64,000 bases of DNA. Origin: a virus. The DNA lies in IMG/VR virus record IMGVR_UViG_3300030012_001663, positions 31,397 through 95,396 of that record, one strand, 5' to 3'. Each line of letters starts with the position of its first letter. Position 1 is the first letter of the stretch. Positions 47,868-56,500 of this stretch are shown piece by piece. A model generated the notes under the pieces. That model had not been told where the DNA came from. It worked only from the letters and a program-made list of their open reading frames with translations, and did not search any database. A program made the translations under genes and the position numbers.

Positions 47868-47899
47868 AAAAACACCACTAAAAAAAGTTTCAGAGGTGC
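47865..47899 (-). terminator. Rho-independent terminator
   Basis: GCACCTCTGAAA-CTT-TTTTAGTGGTGT followed by a T run, right after the phosphoesterase stop. Confidence 0.7.
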
Positions 47900-47902
47900 T
47901 CT

Positions 47903-49129
47903 TTATATTGCTTGATAGGTTAATTCACATATATTACCCATAGTTGGATGTTGAAGTTCTAGTTTACCAGACCTTCTATTACCTGTATACTTGTTATGAT
48001 AATGGTAATAATCTGTCTTACATAAGCTGGGTAATGTCTTATGTATAAATCCACTATTTTCAGAAGTTGTTATATACTCTACCTTTCTTTCTTGATGAAA
48101 GTGTCCTGTGTATAAAGTACGGTTTCTAGTAGTACCCCACTCTTTTGCAAACTCACTTGCATATATAAGTGGTGTATTCTTAGAAGGTTTATCACCATGC
48201 TCAAATGCATTAAAGTTATCATTCCAAACATGCACTTTTCTTTCTAAATATTCTATGTCCCAGCTTATCTTATCTGAGTCAATAGATTTAGATAGAGCAT
48301 GTGCCAAATGAAAAGATGATAACCTATCATGATTACCTGGTATATACACTACAGCTAACTCATTACAAAATGCTTTAAGATAGTTTATAGCCCAGTGCAT
48401 TGCATCAAAAGCTTGAATATAAGAATCTGTAGCTGTAGCACAGTTATCTAAAGGTGTCCCGCTTGTAGTTGAGCCACTAAAGGTATCCATATTAATAAGA
48501 TCTCCCCCTACTATAAAATATAACTTTTCTATATAGTGAGTGGCTGTACCTCTAGATATAAGATTTCTTATAGTATCCTCAAAGTCTTTATCTATAGTCT
48601 CATTACCCTCTTTACCAAAATGAATATCCTGTAATGATATAATACCACAAACTTTTTCTTTATCCTTTTTTAGTTTTGGTATATCTGCTTTTGGTACATA
48701 AAACTTTTTAGGTCTCCAGTTCTTTAGTAACTCTTCAAATAGTTGATCTTGTGGATCTTTTACTTTAGTTACTAAAGCAGATACTCTCCAATGGTCACCC
48801 ATTTGTTTGTTCCAATACTGAGAAAGCTTCCATTGCTTGGTGTCAATCTTTAATAGTTTTACTATTTCTTCAGCTGACTTTGGTTCAAAATCAAAGGTAC
48901 CTGATAATTTACCTGTACCTTTTTCTAAATCAATTGATTCAACAAGCTGTGCATTATCTGCAGCTTTATTAAAGAATTTAGTTTTACTTCTATCTTGCTT
49001 CCTTTCTTTTAAAACTTCTTTCTTTAATCTTTTATATTCTTTTAATGATATTCCTAACTTCTCTGAAACATATTCCGGACTCTTTTTCCATTTCAATGTT
49101 TCTCTTACTTGACTTTTTATAAATGACAT
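47903..49129 (-). CDS. Calcineurin-like metallophosphoesterase (Mre11/SbcD-like fold) with N-terminal HTH-like region
   Basis: Motifs DIH, GD, GNHD, HGD, GHFH all present. Confidence 0.85.
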   Translation of the reverse strand: MSFIKSQVRETLKWKKSPEYVSEKLGISLKEYKRLKKEVLKERKQDRSKTKFFNKAADNAQLVESIDLEKGTGKLSGTFDFEPKSAEEIVKLLKIDTKQWKLSQYWNKQMGDHWRVSALVTKVKDPQDQLFEELLKNWRPKKFYVPKADIPKLKKDKEKVCGIISLQDIHFGKEGNETIDKDFEDTIRNLISRGTATHYIEKLYFIVGGDLINMDTFSGSTTSGTPLDNCATATDSYIQAFDAMHWAINYLKAFCNELAVVYIPGNHDRLSSFHLAHALSKSIDSDKISWDIEYLERKVHVWNDNFNAFEHGDKPSKNTPLIYASEFAKEWGTTRNRTLYTGHFHQERKVEYITTSENSGFIHKTLPSLCKTDYYHYHNKYTGNRRSGKLELQHPTMGNICELTYQAI

Positions 49130-49151
49130 GAATATTTAGGTTTAAATTTAT

Positions 49152-49159
49152 CAAATATA
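49152..49159 (-). promoter_or_regulatory. Bacteroidota-type -7 promoter element TATATTTG
   Basis: Matches TAnnTTTG; 22 nt upstream of the ATG at 49129 and downstream of a terminator. Confidence 0.6.
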
Positions 49160-49174
49160 TAAATTTTTTTTGTT

Positions 49175-49206
49175 AATAAAAAGGGGCCCTGTTTCCAAGA
49201 CCCCTT
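49175..49206 (-). terminator. Rho-independent terminator
   Basis: AAGGGGTCTTG-GAAA-CAGGGCCCCTT followed by TTTATT. Confidence 0.85.
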
Positions 49207-49256
49207 CCAACTTGGTGATAGAAAACCAACAAACCATCACTCTTGTTGTTTTTTTC

Positions 49257-49805
49257 TTATGAGGATAAGGTAGTAAACATTATTTCAATTGGTTTACAAG
49301 AGCCTGGTGCTCCTACAGTTTCTACCTTTATCTTATACATTACATTTGGTGTTAAACCTGTAACTACTTGTGTGAATACACTTGTTGCTACTGGACTAGT
49401 ATTAACAAGCTGCCAACCTGTTGGGCTACCTGCATTATCATAATATATATTATGACCAGTGCTTAAACTTGAAACACCATTCCATACTACAGTAACACCT
49501 GTAGATGTTATTGCAGTTGCATATACGTTATATGGATTATGATTTATATCTTCACTATTACAAGATCCAACTCCGTTAACAATCATGCTTGCAAACTTCT
49601 GTATAATAGAATCTAATCTTTCTCCAGAATGTATAGATAGTAACTGGTTAGCTTCTCCTATTTGAAAACCTGTACCTGTATAACTAACACATGCTGCATC
49701 ACATACAGAATCACACCTTTCATTTCCTACACTACAATCTGTATAAGAACAAGGATTAGTTAATCCAGAATCAGAGCATCCACAAGGTTGATTATTACAT
49801 ATCAT
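49257..49805 (-). CDS. Cys-rich structural protein with C-terminal FN3-like domain
   Basis: CVSYTG N-terminal domain; PYNVYATAITSTGVTVVW...VTGLTPNVMYKIKV FN3 signature. Confidence 0.65.
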   Translation of the reverse strand: MICNNQPCGCSDSGLTNPCSYTDCSVGNERCDSVCDAACVSYTGTGFQIGEANQLLSIHSGERLDSIIQKFASMIVNGVGSCNSEDINHNPYNVYATAITSTGVTVVWNGVSSLSTGHNIYYDNAGSPTGWQLVNTSPVATSVFTQVVTGLTPNVMYKIKVETVGAPGSCKPIEIMFTTLSS

Positions 49806-49817
49806 AATTATTTATTT

Positions 49818-52064
49818 TTAAGGGTTTGAGCAACTTGCAATTAGTACACTATCTATTACTGAAACATCTGCGCTTACATTAAACGCACCACCAGTTTGAG
49901 TTGCTAACTCTTGCCATGGATAAACTGTTGAACCATTATGATTATAATCTTCCTCAACTCCAGCACCGCATACAATTACTTTAACATTTTGACTATTTGC
50001 TGTTGCAATTAATGATTGAATTGTTGCATAATCAGCTGCTCCAAATGATCCATCATCACCACCAGAAAGATTATCTGTAACTACAACAATATATTTAGCA
50101 ACATTATTTCTAAATGCACCAAATAATGGATTAGTTGCTGCCATTACTAATTCTATTGCTATATCTGTTGGCTCAGCTCCACCAGGTGCTCCACTTCCTA
50201 AGTTTATACAAGATGAAGTGTTTCCTGTGCTACCTCCAGCTAATTTTTGAACTTGTGTATTTGCAGAAGTACCATTATTATTTGAGAACATTTCCCATGC
50301 AGTAATAACCGCTTTTGCATTTGGGCTAGTAAATTCACGTTTTTGAGCTGCTGGTAAACTTATATAATCTGCACAACCTGAATAAGTTGGAGTGCCTGTA
50401 GGTCCATATTCGTCTACAGTTGCAACCCCTACTCTATAGTTATTAGCACCACTTGCTGTATCTATTGAATTAATTAAAGTTGTAAATCCAGATTTAAAGC
50501 TCTGAATAGGACCGTTCATAGAACCAGTGTAATCAACTAAGAATGCTACATCCATACCATCACTACATGGAGGTGCTCCATCTAGAGATGAAAAGTCTAC
50601 ATCTGGACATTGTTTTGTTTGTCCTCCAACTACAATAGTTAGTCTAACTTTGTAATCACTATTAGCACTTAATGCACTAAATGTTTGAGTAACAGAACTA
50701 CCTTGATTAGCTAATATATGTGTTTCTGATGCTGTACTATTTGTTGAACCTGTTGTAGTATTGTGCTCAAATGCTTCAATAGTAAATAGTGCAGATGTTC
50801 CAAAAGTATTAGTAAATGATACATCAAACCCTGAAGTAGTTTCATTACTAGAAGTCAGAGTTGGACATTCTATTACACCTGCCACTGTTTTGTTTATAGA
50901 ACCTTCACAGTTGTTAGTACCATCATTAAAACACCAATTCATTGATACTGATAAATCACCAAATGTATTAAGAGAACTTACTGAAACATTAACACCAGAT
51001 GGATTACTTTGTAATGATGTTACTTGCTCAGTTGCAACTACGCTAACACCATTTACATCTGTAATTGTTATTGTTTGGAATCCTCCACAATCATTAAATG
51101 ATGATGGGATACTAGAACCAACAAAGTTAAGATTTACTTGTGATACATTTCCTGTACCTGAATCAATAACACTTGTTGCAACTAGATCCACTGTGATTGA
51201 ATCACAAGCTCCTGGGCAACAGTTAAGTTGAATATCTTGTATAGCATTATAAAGATCATCTAATACAATCCATTGATTTTGTACAGACTGTGCTAATGTA
51301 GTAGTAGACGTATGCCATCCTGTTTGGCTTCCATAATTAGTTGATGGATTACTTAACAATGTATAATTACTTGTTAAACTTTGCTGTGATATTGCATTGT
51401 TAATTAAAGTAGGAGTACCTGTAGCAGTCTCTAAGGCACAGAACCTTGTCTCTAATGCTAATAATACTACTGATACATTTGTAAGTTGTCCGCCTGGTAC
51501 AACGCACTGAGAAATGATTTGAGCTTCATTTACTGAACCAGAACTACATGGTAATACACAATTCTCTAGTATAGTAATTCTATCTCCTAAACTAGTGAGG
51601 GTATTATTTATAGTAGTAATAGAATCAAGTATGTCACATACTTTGTTTCCTACCAATAAAGCATATTGCTCTAATGGTAATGATGTCACTACAGCTCCTG
51701 TAGCTGGATCATTATACTGTAGATTAGTACATAAGTTTATGTTTGGTAAAGTAGTTGTGCCTCCGCTTCCTCCTGTAGGTAAATCACAAATATAATCTAC
51801 AATAGCCTGTAGATTATCTTTTAATGTAGAAGGTGCAGTCCCTGTAGGTAAAGCACATTTAAGATCAAAGCCTGATAAATCTGGTTCTGATTGTACACCA
51901 GAAATTATATCACATAATTTTTCTGCTAGTTTTGCAACAACTTCACTTACAGTATCACCTGTACATAAGTCTATACAGGCAATGTCTGGGCCTTGCCAAA
52001 TAACGCAATTAGATGAGATATTATTGCACCCATTTGTGTCTGAGCTTGATTGTGTAGGAATCAT
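49818..52064 (-). CDS. Structural fibre/decoration protein (Cys-rich N-domain, coiled coil, FN3-like, C-terminal vWA)
   Basis: CVIWQGPDIAC; ITTINNTLTSLGDRITILE; FSALSANSDYKVRL; DVAFLVDYTGSM...VVVTD...LATQTGG. Confidence 0.7.
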   Translation of the reverse strand: MIPTQSSSDTNGCNNISSNCVIWQGPDIACIDLCTGDTVSEVVAKLAEKLCDIISGVQSEPDLSGFDLKCALPTGTAPSTLKDNLQAIVDYICDLPTGGSGGTTTLPNINLCTNLQYNDPATGAVVTSLPLEQYALLVGNKVCDILDSITTINNTLTSLGDRITILENCVLPCSSGSVNEAQIISQCVVPGGQLTNVSVVLLALETRFCALETATGTPTLINNAISQQSLTSNYTLLSNPSTNYGSQTGWHTSTTTLAQSVQNQWIVLDDLYNAIQDIQLNCCPGACDSITVDLVATSVIDSGTGNVSQVNLNFVGSSIPSSFNDCGGFQTITITDVNGVSVVATEQVTSLQSNPSGVNVSVSSLNTFGDLSVSMNWCFNDGTNNCEGSINKTVAGVIECPTLTSSNETTSGFDVSFTNTFGTSALFTIEAFEHNTTTGSTNSTASETHILANQGSSVTQTFSALSANSDYKVRLTIVVGGQTKQCPDVDFSSLDGAPPCSDGMDVAFLVDYTGSMNGPIQSFKSGFTTLINSIDTASGANNYRVGVATVDEYGPTGTPTYSGCADYISLPAAQKREFTSPNAKAVITAWEMFSNNNGTSANTQVQKLAGGSTGNTSSCINLGSGAPGGAEPTDIAIELVMAATNPLFGAFRNNVAKYIVVVTDNLSGGDDGSFGAADYATIQSLIATANSQNVKVIVCGAGVEEDYNHNGSTVYPWQELATQTGGAFNVSADVSVIDSVLIASCSNP

Positions 52065-52172
52065 AGATATTTTATTTTTTCTAGTATACTGTATACACGT
52101 ATATGTATAATATACAAAAGTTTAATAAATCAAACAAGCGTTTTGATATATTAAAGTATAAATAAAATATCT
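52065..52172. repeat. 13-bp perfect inverted repeat enclosing an inner hairpin and a promoter motif
   Basis: AGATATTTTATTT (52065-52077) / AAATAAAATATCT (52160-52172). Inner TTTAATAAATCAAA / TTTGATATATTAAA (52121-52155). Confidence 0.65.
52107..52118 (-). promoter_or_regulatory. Phage promoter-like motif TTTGTATATTAT
   Basis: Exact 12-mer 42 nt upstream of the ATG at 52064. Confidence 0.55.
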
Positions 52173-52181
52173 GTATTTACT

Positions 52182-52475
52182 TTATTTTTCTGTTTCTGCA
52201 GGCTCTTCTTCAATAGGAGTAATGGTTCCGTCTTCTATACTAATGTTACAACGTCCATATTTTTCTTCTAGTGTAGTGCCAATTTCTTGTAGTTCCTTTT
52301 GTGCAGCACCATAGTCTGCAAGCATTTTAGTTTTTTGAACTTCAGCTTGGCCAATTGCATTGGTAATTCTACCAATAACAGAATTAAGCTCTTGAATTTT
52401 ACTAAGTTCTTCTTTAGAAACTTTTTCAACCTTTGGAGCTTTTGTTGATTTTGTTGATTTTTTTGCTTTTGCCAT
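52182..52475 (-). CDS. Small coiled-coil protein, possibly a fibre chaperone
   Basis: Helical hairpin ending LEEKYGRCNISIEDGTI. Confidence 0.6.
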   Translation of the reverse strand: MAKAKKSTKSTKAPKVEKVSKEELSKIQELNSVIGRITNAIGQAEVQKTKMLADYGAAQKELQEIGTTLEEKYGRCNISIEDGTITPIEEEPAETEK

Positions 52476-52496
52476 TTTAAATAAAGTTTATTTTAA

Positions 52497-52527
52497 CAAA
52501 TATATTAGATATTCTTTAAATATCAAA
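52497..52527 (-). promoter_or_regulatory. Consensus Bacteroidota housekeeping promoter
   Basis: TTTG-N19-TATATTTG upstream of the ATG at 52475. Confidence 0.75.
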
Positions 52528-52535
52528 ATTCTTTT

Positions 52536-52874
52536 TTATTCTTCTGTTACCCAAGGTAGATCATCTCTGATTACATCTCTTGGTACATGTTGGTTATTTA
52601 TGTTTTCAGCTAATACATCTTGCATGTGTTGCATATCTACTGTAGCTTCTATCCATTCAATTACTTTTTCTTCAGTAACATCTGCATAAGGTATAAATGT
52701 ACCGCCTTCTGAAGGATCATCAATAGCTATAGAACCAAGTGTTTGTGCAGTCAATGTATTACCATCTCTTTCATCACTTGCATGATATATAAATTCTATT
52801 CCTAAAATAACATCTGCGTTATCACCTAACTGTGGTGCTGTTTTAAGACGTTTTATTTCATATGTGTATTCCAT
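52536..52874 (-). CDS. Tail-fibre-associated small acidic protein
   Basis: FIPYADVTEEKVIEWI...LPW motif, typical of proteins next to fibre genes. Upstream TAACTTTG at 52891-52898. Confidence 0.6.
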   Translation of the reverse strand: MEYTYEIKRLKTAPQLGDNADVILGIEFIYHASDERDGNTLTAQTLGSIAIDDPSEGGTFIPYADVTEEKVIEWIEATVDMQHMQDVLAENINNQHVPRDVIRDDLPWVTEE

Positions 52875-52918
52875 AATTTTATATTTATTTCAAAGTTAAT
52901 AATTTTTTTCCAATAATC

Positions 52919-53566
52919 CTATGGCTGAAAGCCATCACCTGGTCCACCTGGTCCACCTGGCCCATCTGGATCTCCTGGGTCTCCACCACCACAACTACAA
53001 TCAGTAGCTGTAACTGTTCTTACATTACCATATCCTGTTCCAACAGAATTAGTAGCATAAGCTCTAATATAATAATTCATACTACCACAACAACATGGTA
53101 CCATAATAGCTTGCGTTTGATCACTATAGAAAAAACTAGTACTATTCTGATTAGTGCCACTTACAAGTTTAGTAGTTCCAAACTGTCCAATTGTAGGAGT
53201 AGTATTCATTGAACTATATACAAATCCATATTCAGTTGTTGGTGGCGTATTATTTGATACATTACCACTCATGTTGAGTTGACCACCTCCTCCACAACTA
53301 AAACTAGCTTGGAAAGTTAAAACACCTGGTACTGCTCCTGGTGGTGCCTTGTCATGATCATAATTATAAAACTCAGTCATAGCATGAGGTGCAACACCAT
53401 CTGGTCTATCAGCTATAGCATTATTAGTATTAATAGCACCATTATTGCCAGTTGACATATCTTTTAATGAAACATTACTAAATGTGTTGCTTCCACTATA
53501 GTTGTTATTATGCAACTCATTACGTATACCTCTTAGACTTATTGATCCTGATGCTGGTACTGCCAT
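52919..53566 (-). CDS. Putative fibre-tip adhesin (SGxIS N-domain, FN3-like domain, Gly/Pro tail)
   Basis: MAVPASGSISLRGIRNEL; YYIRAYATNSVGTGYG; GGDPGDPDGPGGPGGPG. Coupled to the S74 fibre gene. Confidence 0.6.
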   Translation of the reverse strand: MAVPASGSISLRGIRNELHNNNYSGSNTFSNVSLKDMSTGNNGAINTNNAIADRPDGVAPHAMTEFYNYDHDKAPPGAVPGVLTFQASFSCGGGGQLNMSGNVSNNTPPTTEYGFVYSSMNTTPTIGQFGTTKLVSGTNQNSTSFFYSDQTQAIMVPCCCGSMNYYIRAYATNSVGTGYGNVRTVTATDCSCGGGDPGDPDGPGGPGGPGDGFQP

Positions 53567-56500
53567 TATTTCTCATTTATTTGTTGTTTGAGATCTGCTA
53601 CTTCAGCTTTTAATTCTTTGACAGCTTCTATAAGAACCGCTGTAAGTTTTTCATAATCTACAGTTTTGTATAGTTCTTCACTCTCATCTAAAAGAGGCAT
53701 TTTCTTTTCTCTAACAACTTCAGGTATTACTTCCTCTACCTCTTGTGCAATAACTCCTATATCTCTCTGATCTTTTCTACTACCTTTATTCCAAGTATAT
53801 TCAACACCTCTAAGTTTACATACTTTATCTAAAGCTCCATCAATTGTAAGCACATTATCTTTTAATCTTTCATCAGATATAGTACTTGAGTATGCAATAA
53901 CATCTCTCTCTACATGAAGATCACCATCATTTTCAAGACGCATATCTTCTGCCCCATCTAAAAAGAAACCTATAGTTGTAGTTCTAATTTGTATTTTATC
54001 TGATGTTCCAGCTCTACCTAATTGTAAATCTTCATTGTGTGATCTTATGACACCCCCATCAACTTGTACTTCCTTATTAAAATAAAATCTTGCTCTATCT
54101 GTTTGAAAATGTGCATATGATGTATTTTGAGCACCAATTTGTACATTACCACTTGGTGTATTTACTTGCCAGTATCCTGTAGTACCGCTTGATGGTGTAA
54201 GACTATAAGATGTATTATCTTTGTCTCTAAAATTAGTACCATCTACATTACCAGCTGATCTTATATTTTGACCTTGGACACCTTGGTCTACAGAAAATGC
54301 ATATGTGTCTAAGTTTTCATATGTGCTACCTTGTGTGCTATAACCTAATATAGAGTTTTGTATAACCGGTGTAACTGCAGTGTGAGATCCAAAATCATCT
54401 ATATCACCTTGCTCATATACGTTGACTTCATAAGTAGATGCAACAGTTACATATACTTGTAATTTTTTATTACCATATGTTTGATCTCCATCTTTTAAAA
54501 CTCTTACACCAGTAATTCTGTTTGAGTGACCACCTGTATTTAATACTGTATAATGTGAATCAGCATAACTACGCATCCATTCTATTCTTATATAAGAATG
54601 ATCACCACTATCTCCATCTGTAACAATAATCTCTCCAGCTTGTCTATTGCTTGTGTTTTCTGCAACTGTCATCCAACCAGGTCCAACATTTGCACTAGTT
54701 TTACCTGTTCTTCTAAAAAATCTAGTTGCTTCAAAACCATCAACTCTATCAGCATCTAACCCTGATCCTGAACCATCATTACCTGCATGCCATGCTGTAT
54801 TTCCTCTTATGTATACATTTCCAGTACAATAATGATTTAGATATAAATGTCCATCCCTACCTGCATCTATATGCAAATTATCATTTGAGTTTCTTATTCT
54901 TGAAATACCAGCTGAGTTTGAAGTTGTCCAACCTCCAATATAAAGTTTCTTGTTATATGAACTATTTTCAAAAACTAATCCCTGAGTATCTGTAGCTGCC
55001 CAAGTATATGTAACTCCTGCACTTACTCCGTCATCTGCATTACTTCTTAAAAAATCACTAGCATGTAAGCTATCTACTGTATCAGCGTTACTTACTGATT
55101 GTGAACCAATGTTACCAGTATGTATAAACTCTCTCCAACTACTTAATGAACCGCTTACATTTCTTCTAAAGTAAATATCATCACTGTGAAAACAAGCTGC
55201 TATATCAACATAGTAACCATTACTGTTACCATGATTCATTATTAAATGATGGAACCAATCACTAAATGGATTACCTGGTGTAGATCCATTCTGTCCTGTG
55301 CCACCACTACCACTCTGATCCATCCACTGTAAATAGCTTCCACCATATGATATTGTAGATTCTTCATAAAGCTTACTGTGTTGATGGCTATTATTAGCAA
55401 CAACTGTAGTTAATGTAGCGTTTCCTGAGCCGTCCCAACTAACACTACCTGAAACATCACCATTTAAAGTTAATGTTCTTGCTGTAGTCCATTTTGCAGC
55501 AGATGATGCAGTTGAAGCATTACCTGATAATGCCCCTACAAATGTTGCTGCTTGAAGAGAGGCATTGTTTGTTGAACCATCACAATCAAAATGAAATCTT
55601 CCAACTCCATTAGCATCATCAAATCTAATAAAATCATTGTTTGCAAATTTTATTTTATTAGAAGATCCAACAACAGGAGTGTTCATTGTTATTGTGTTGA
55701 ACGTACAAGATGTTGTTGTAGAAGCACCTCTACCTGTTACTGTTGCTAGTGTGTCTGCTTCAGCAGCTGATCCACTATTATCTGTAAAGTTTGCAGATAT
55801 TGTTCCTCCATCATTCTGTGTAAGGGTTATAGTCTTTGTGCTTGTACCTGTTACTGCAATACCTGTAATATGATTATTAGAAGCTGTATTCCACTCGTCT
55901 ATAGTTGTTTGTGAAAAATTTGCAGATGTCCAAACATCATGATAAGTACCCCATCCTTCACAACAATCTCTTAGTGCTCTTATCTTTAGTTTTCCTTCAT
56001 CTGAACTATGCCAACCTGTAGACAATTCAAAACCAAGACTAGTAGTAGGCATAACTTGTAACGTAGCATCATAGGTAAATGGTCTATTACTTCCTGAAGA
56101 ATAACCACTATAAGCCCATACTCCTTGGCCGTGATTACCTCTATTACTAGTTGATGTACTACTTGCTACATAATTTATATTTTGCCCCAAACCAGCACCT
56201 CCTCTATAATAAGTACCATGTTGACCATCAAGTTTATCTGCATCTAATCCTGAAAGTGCTCCGTCATTGCCAGCGTGCCATATGGTATTACCCTTGTGAG
56301 TTATACCACTAGAACTAAAAGCCAATTCATAATTTGTGTTTCCAGATGTTGAAAATTTCATCGCATCTGGAGATCCTTCATGGTAAAATATACCATAAGA
56401 AGTTGCACCTTTTAATTCTATAATAGGAGCAACGCTTCCTGCTGTCCAATCATAAACAAGTTTATCAAACTCTAAAGTTCCCCCAACCAAATTAGTGAAT

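Noticed and set aside
52930-52992. GGPGGPG tandem repeat as collagen domain or DNA repeat element
   Set aside because: Only a few triplets at a protein C-terminus; too short for either call.
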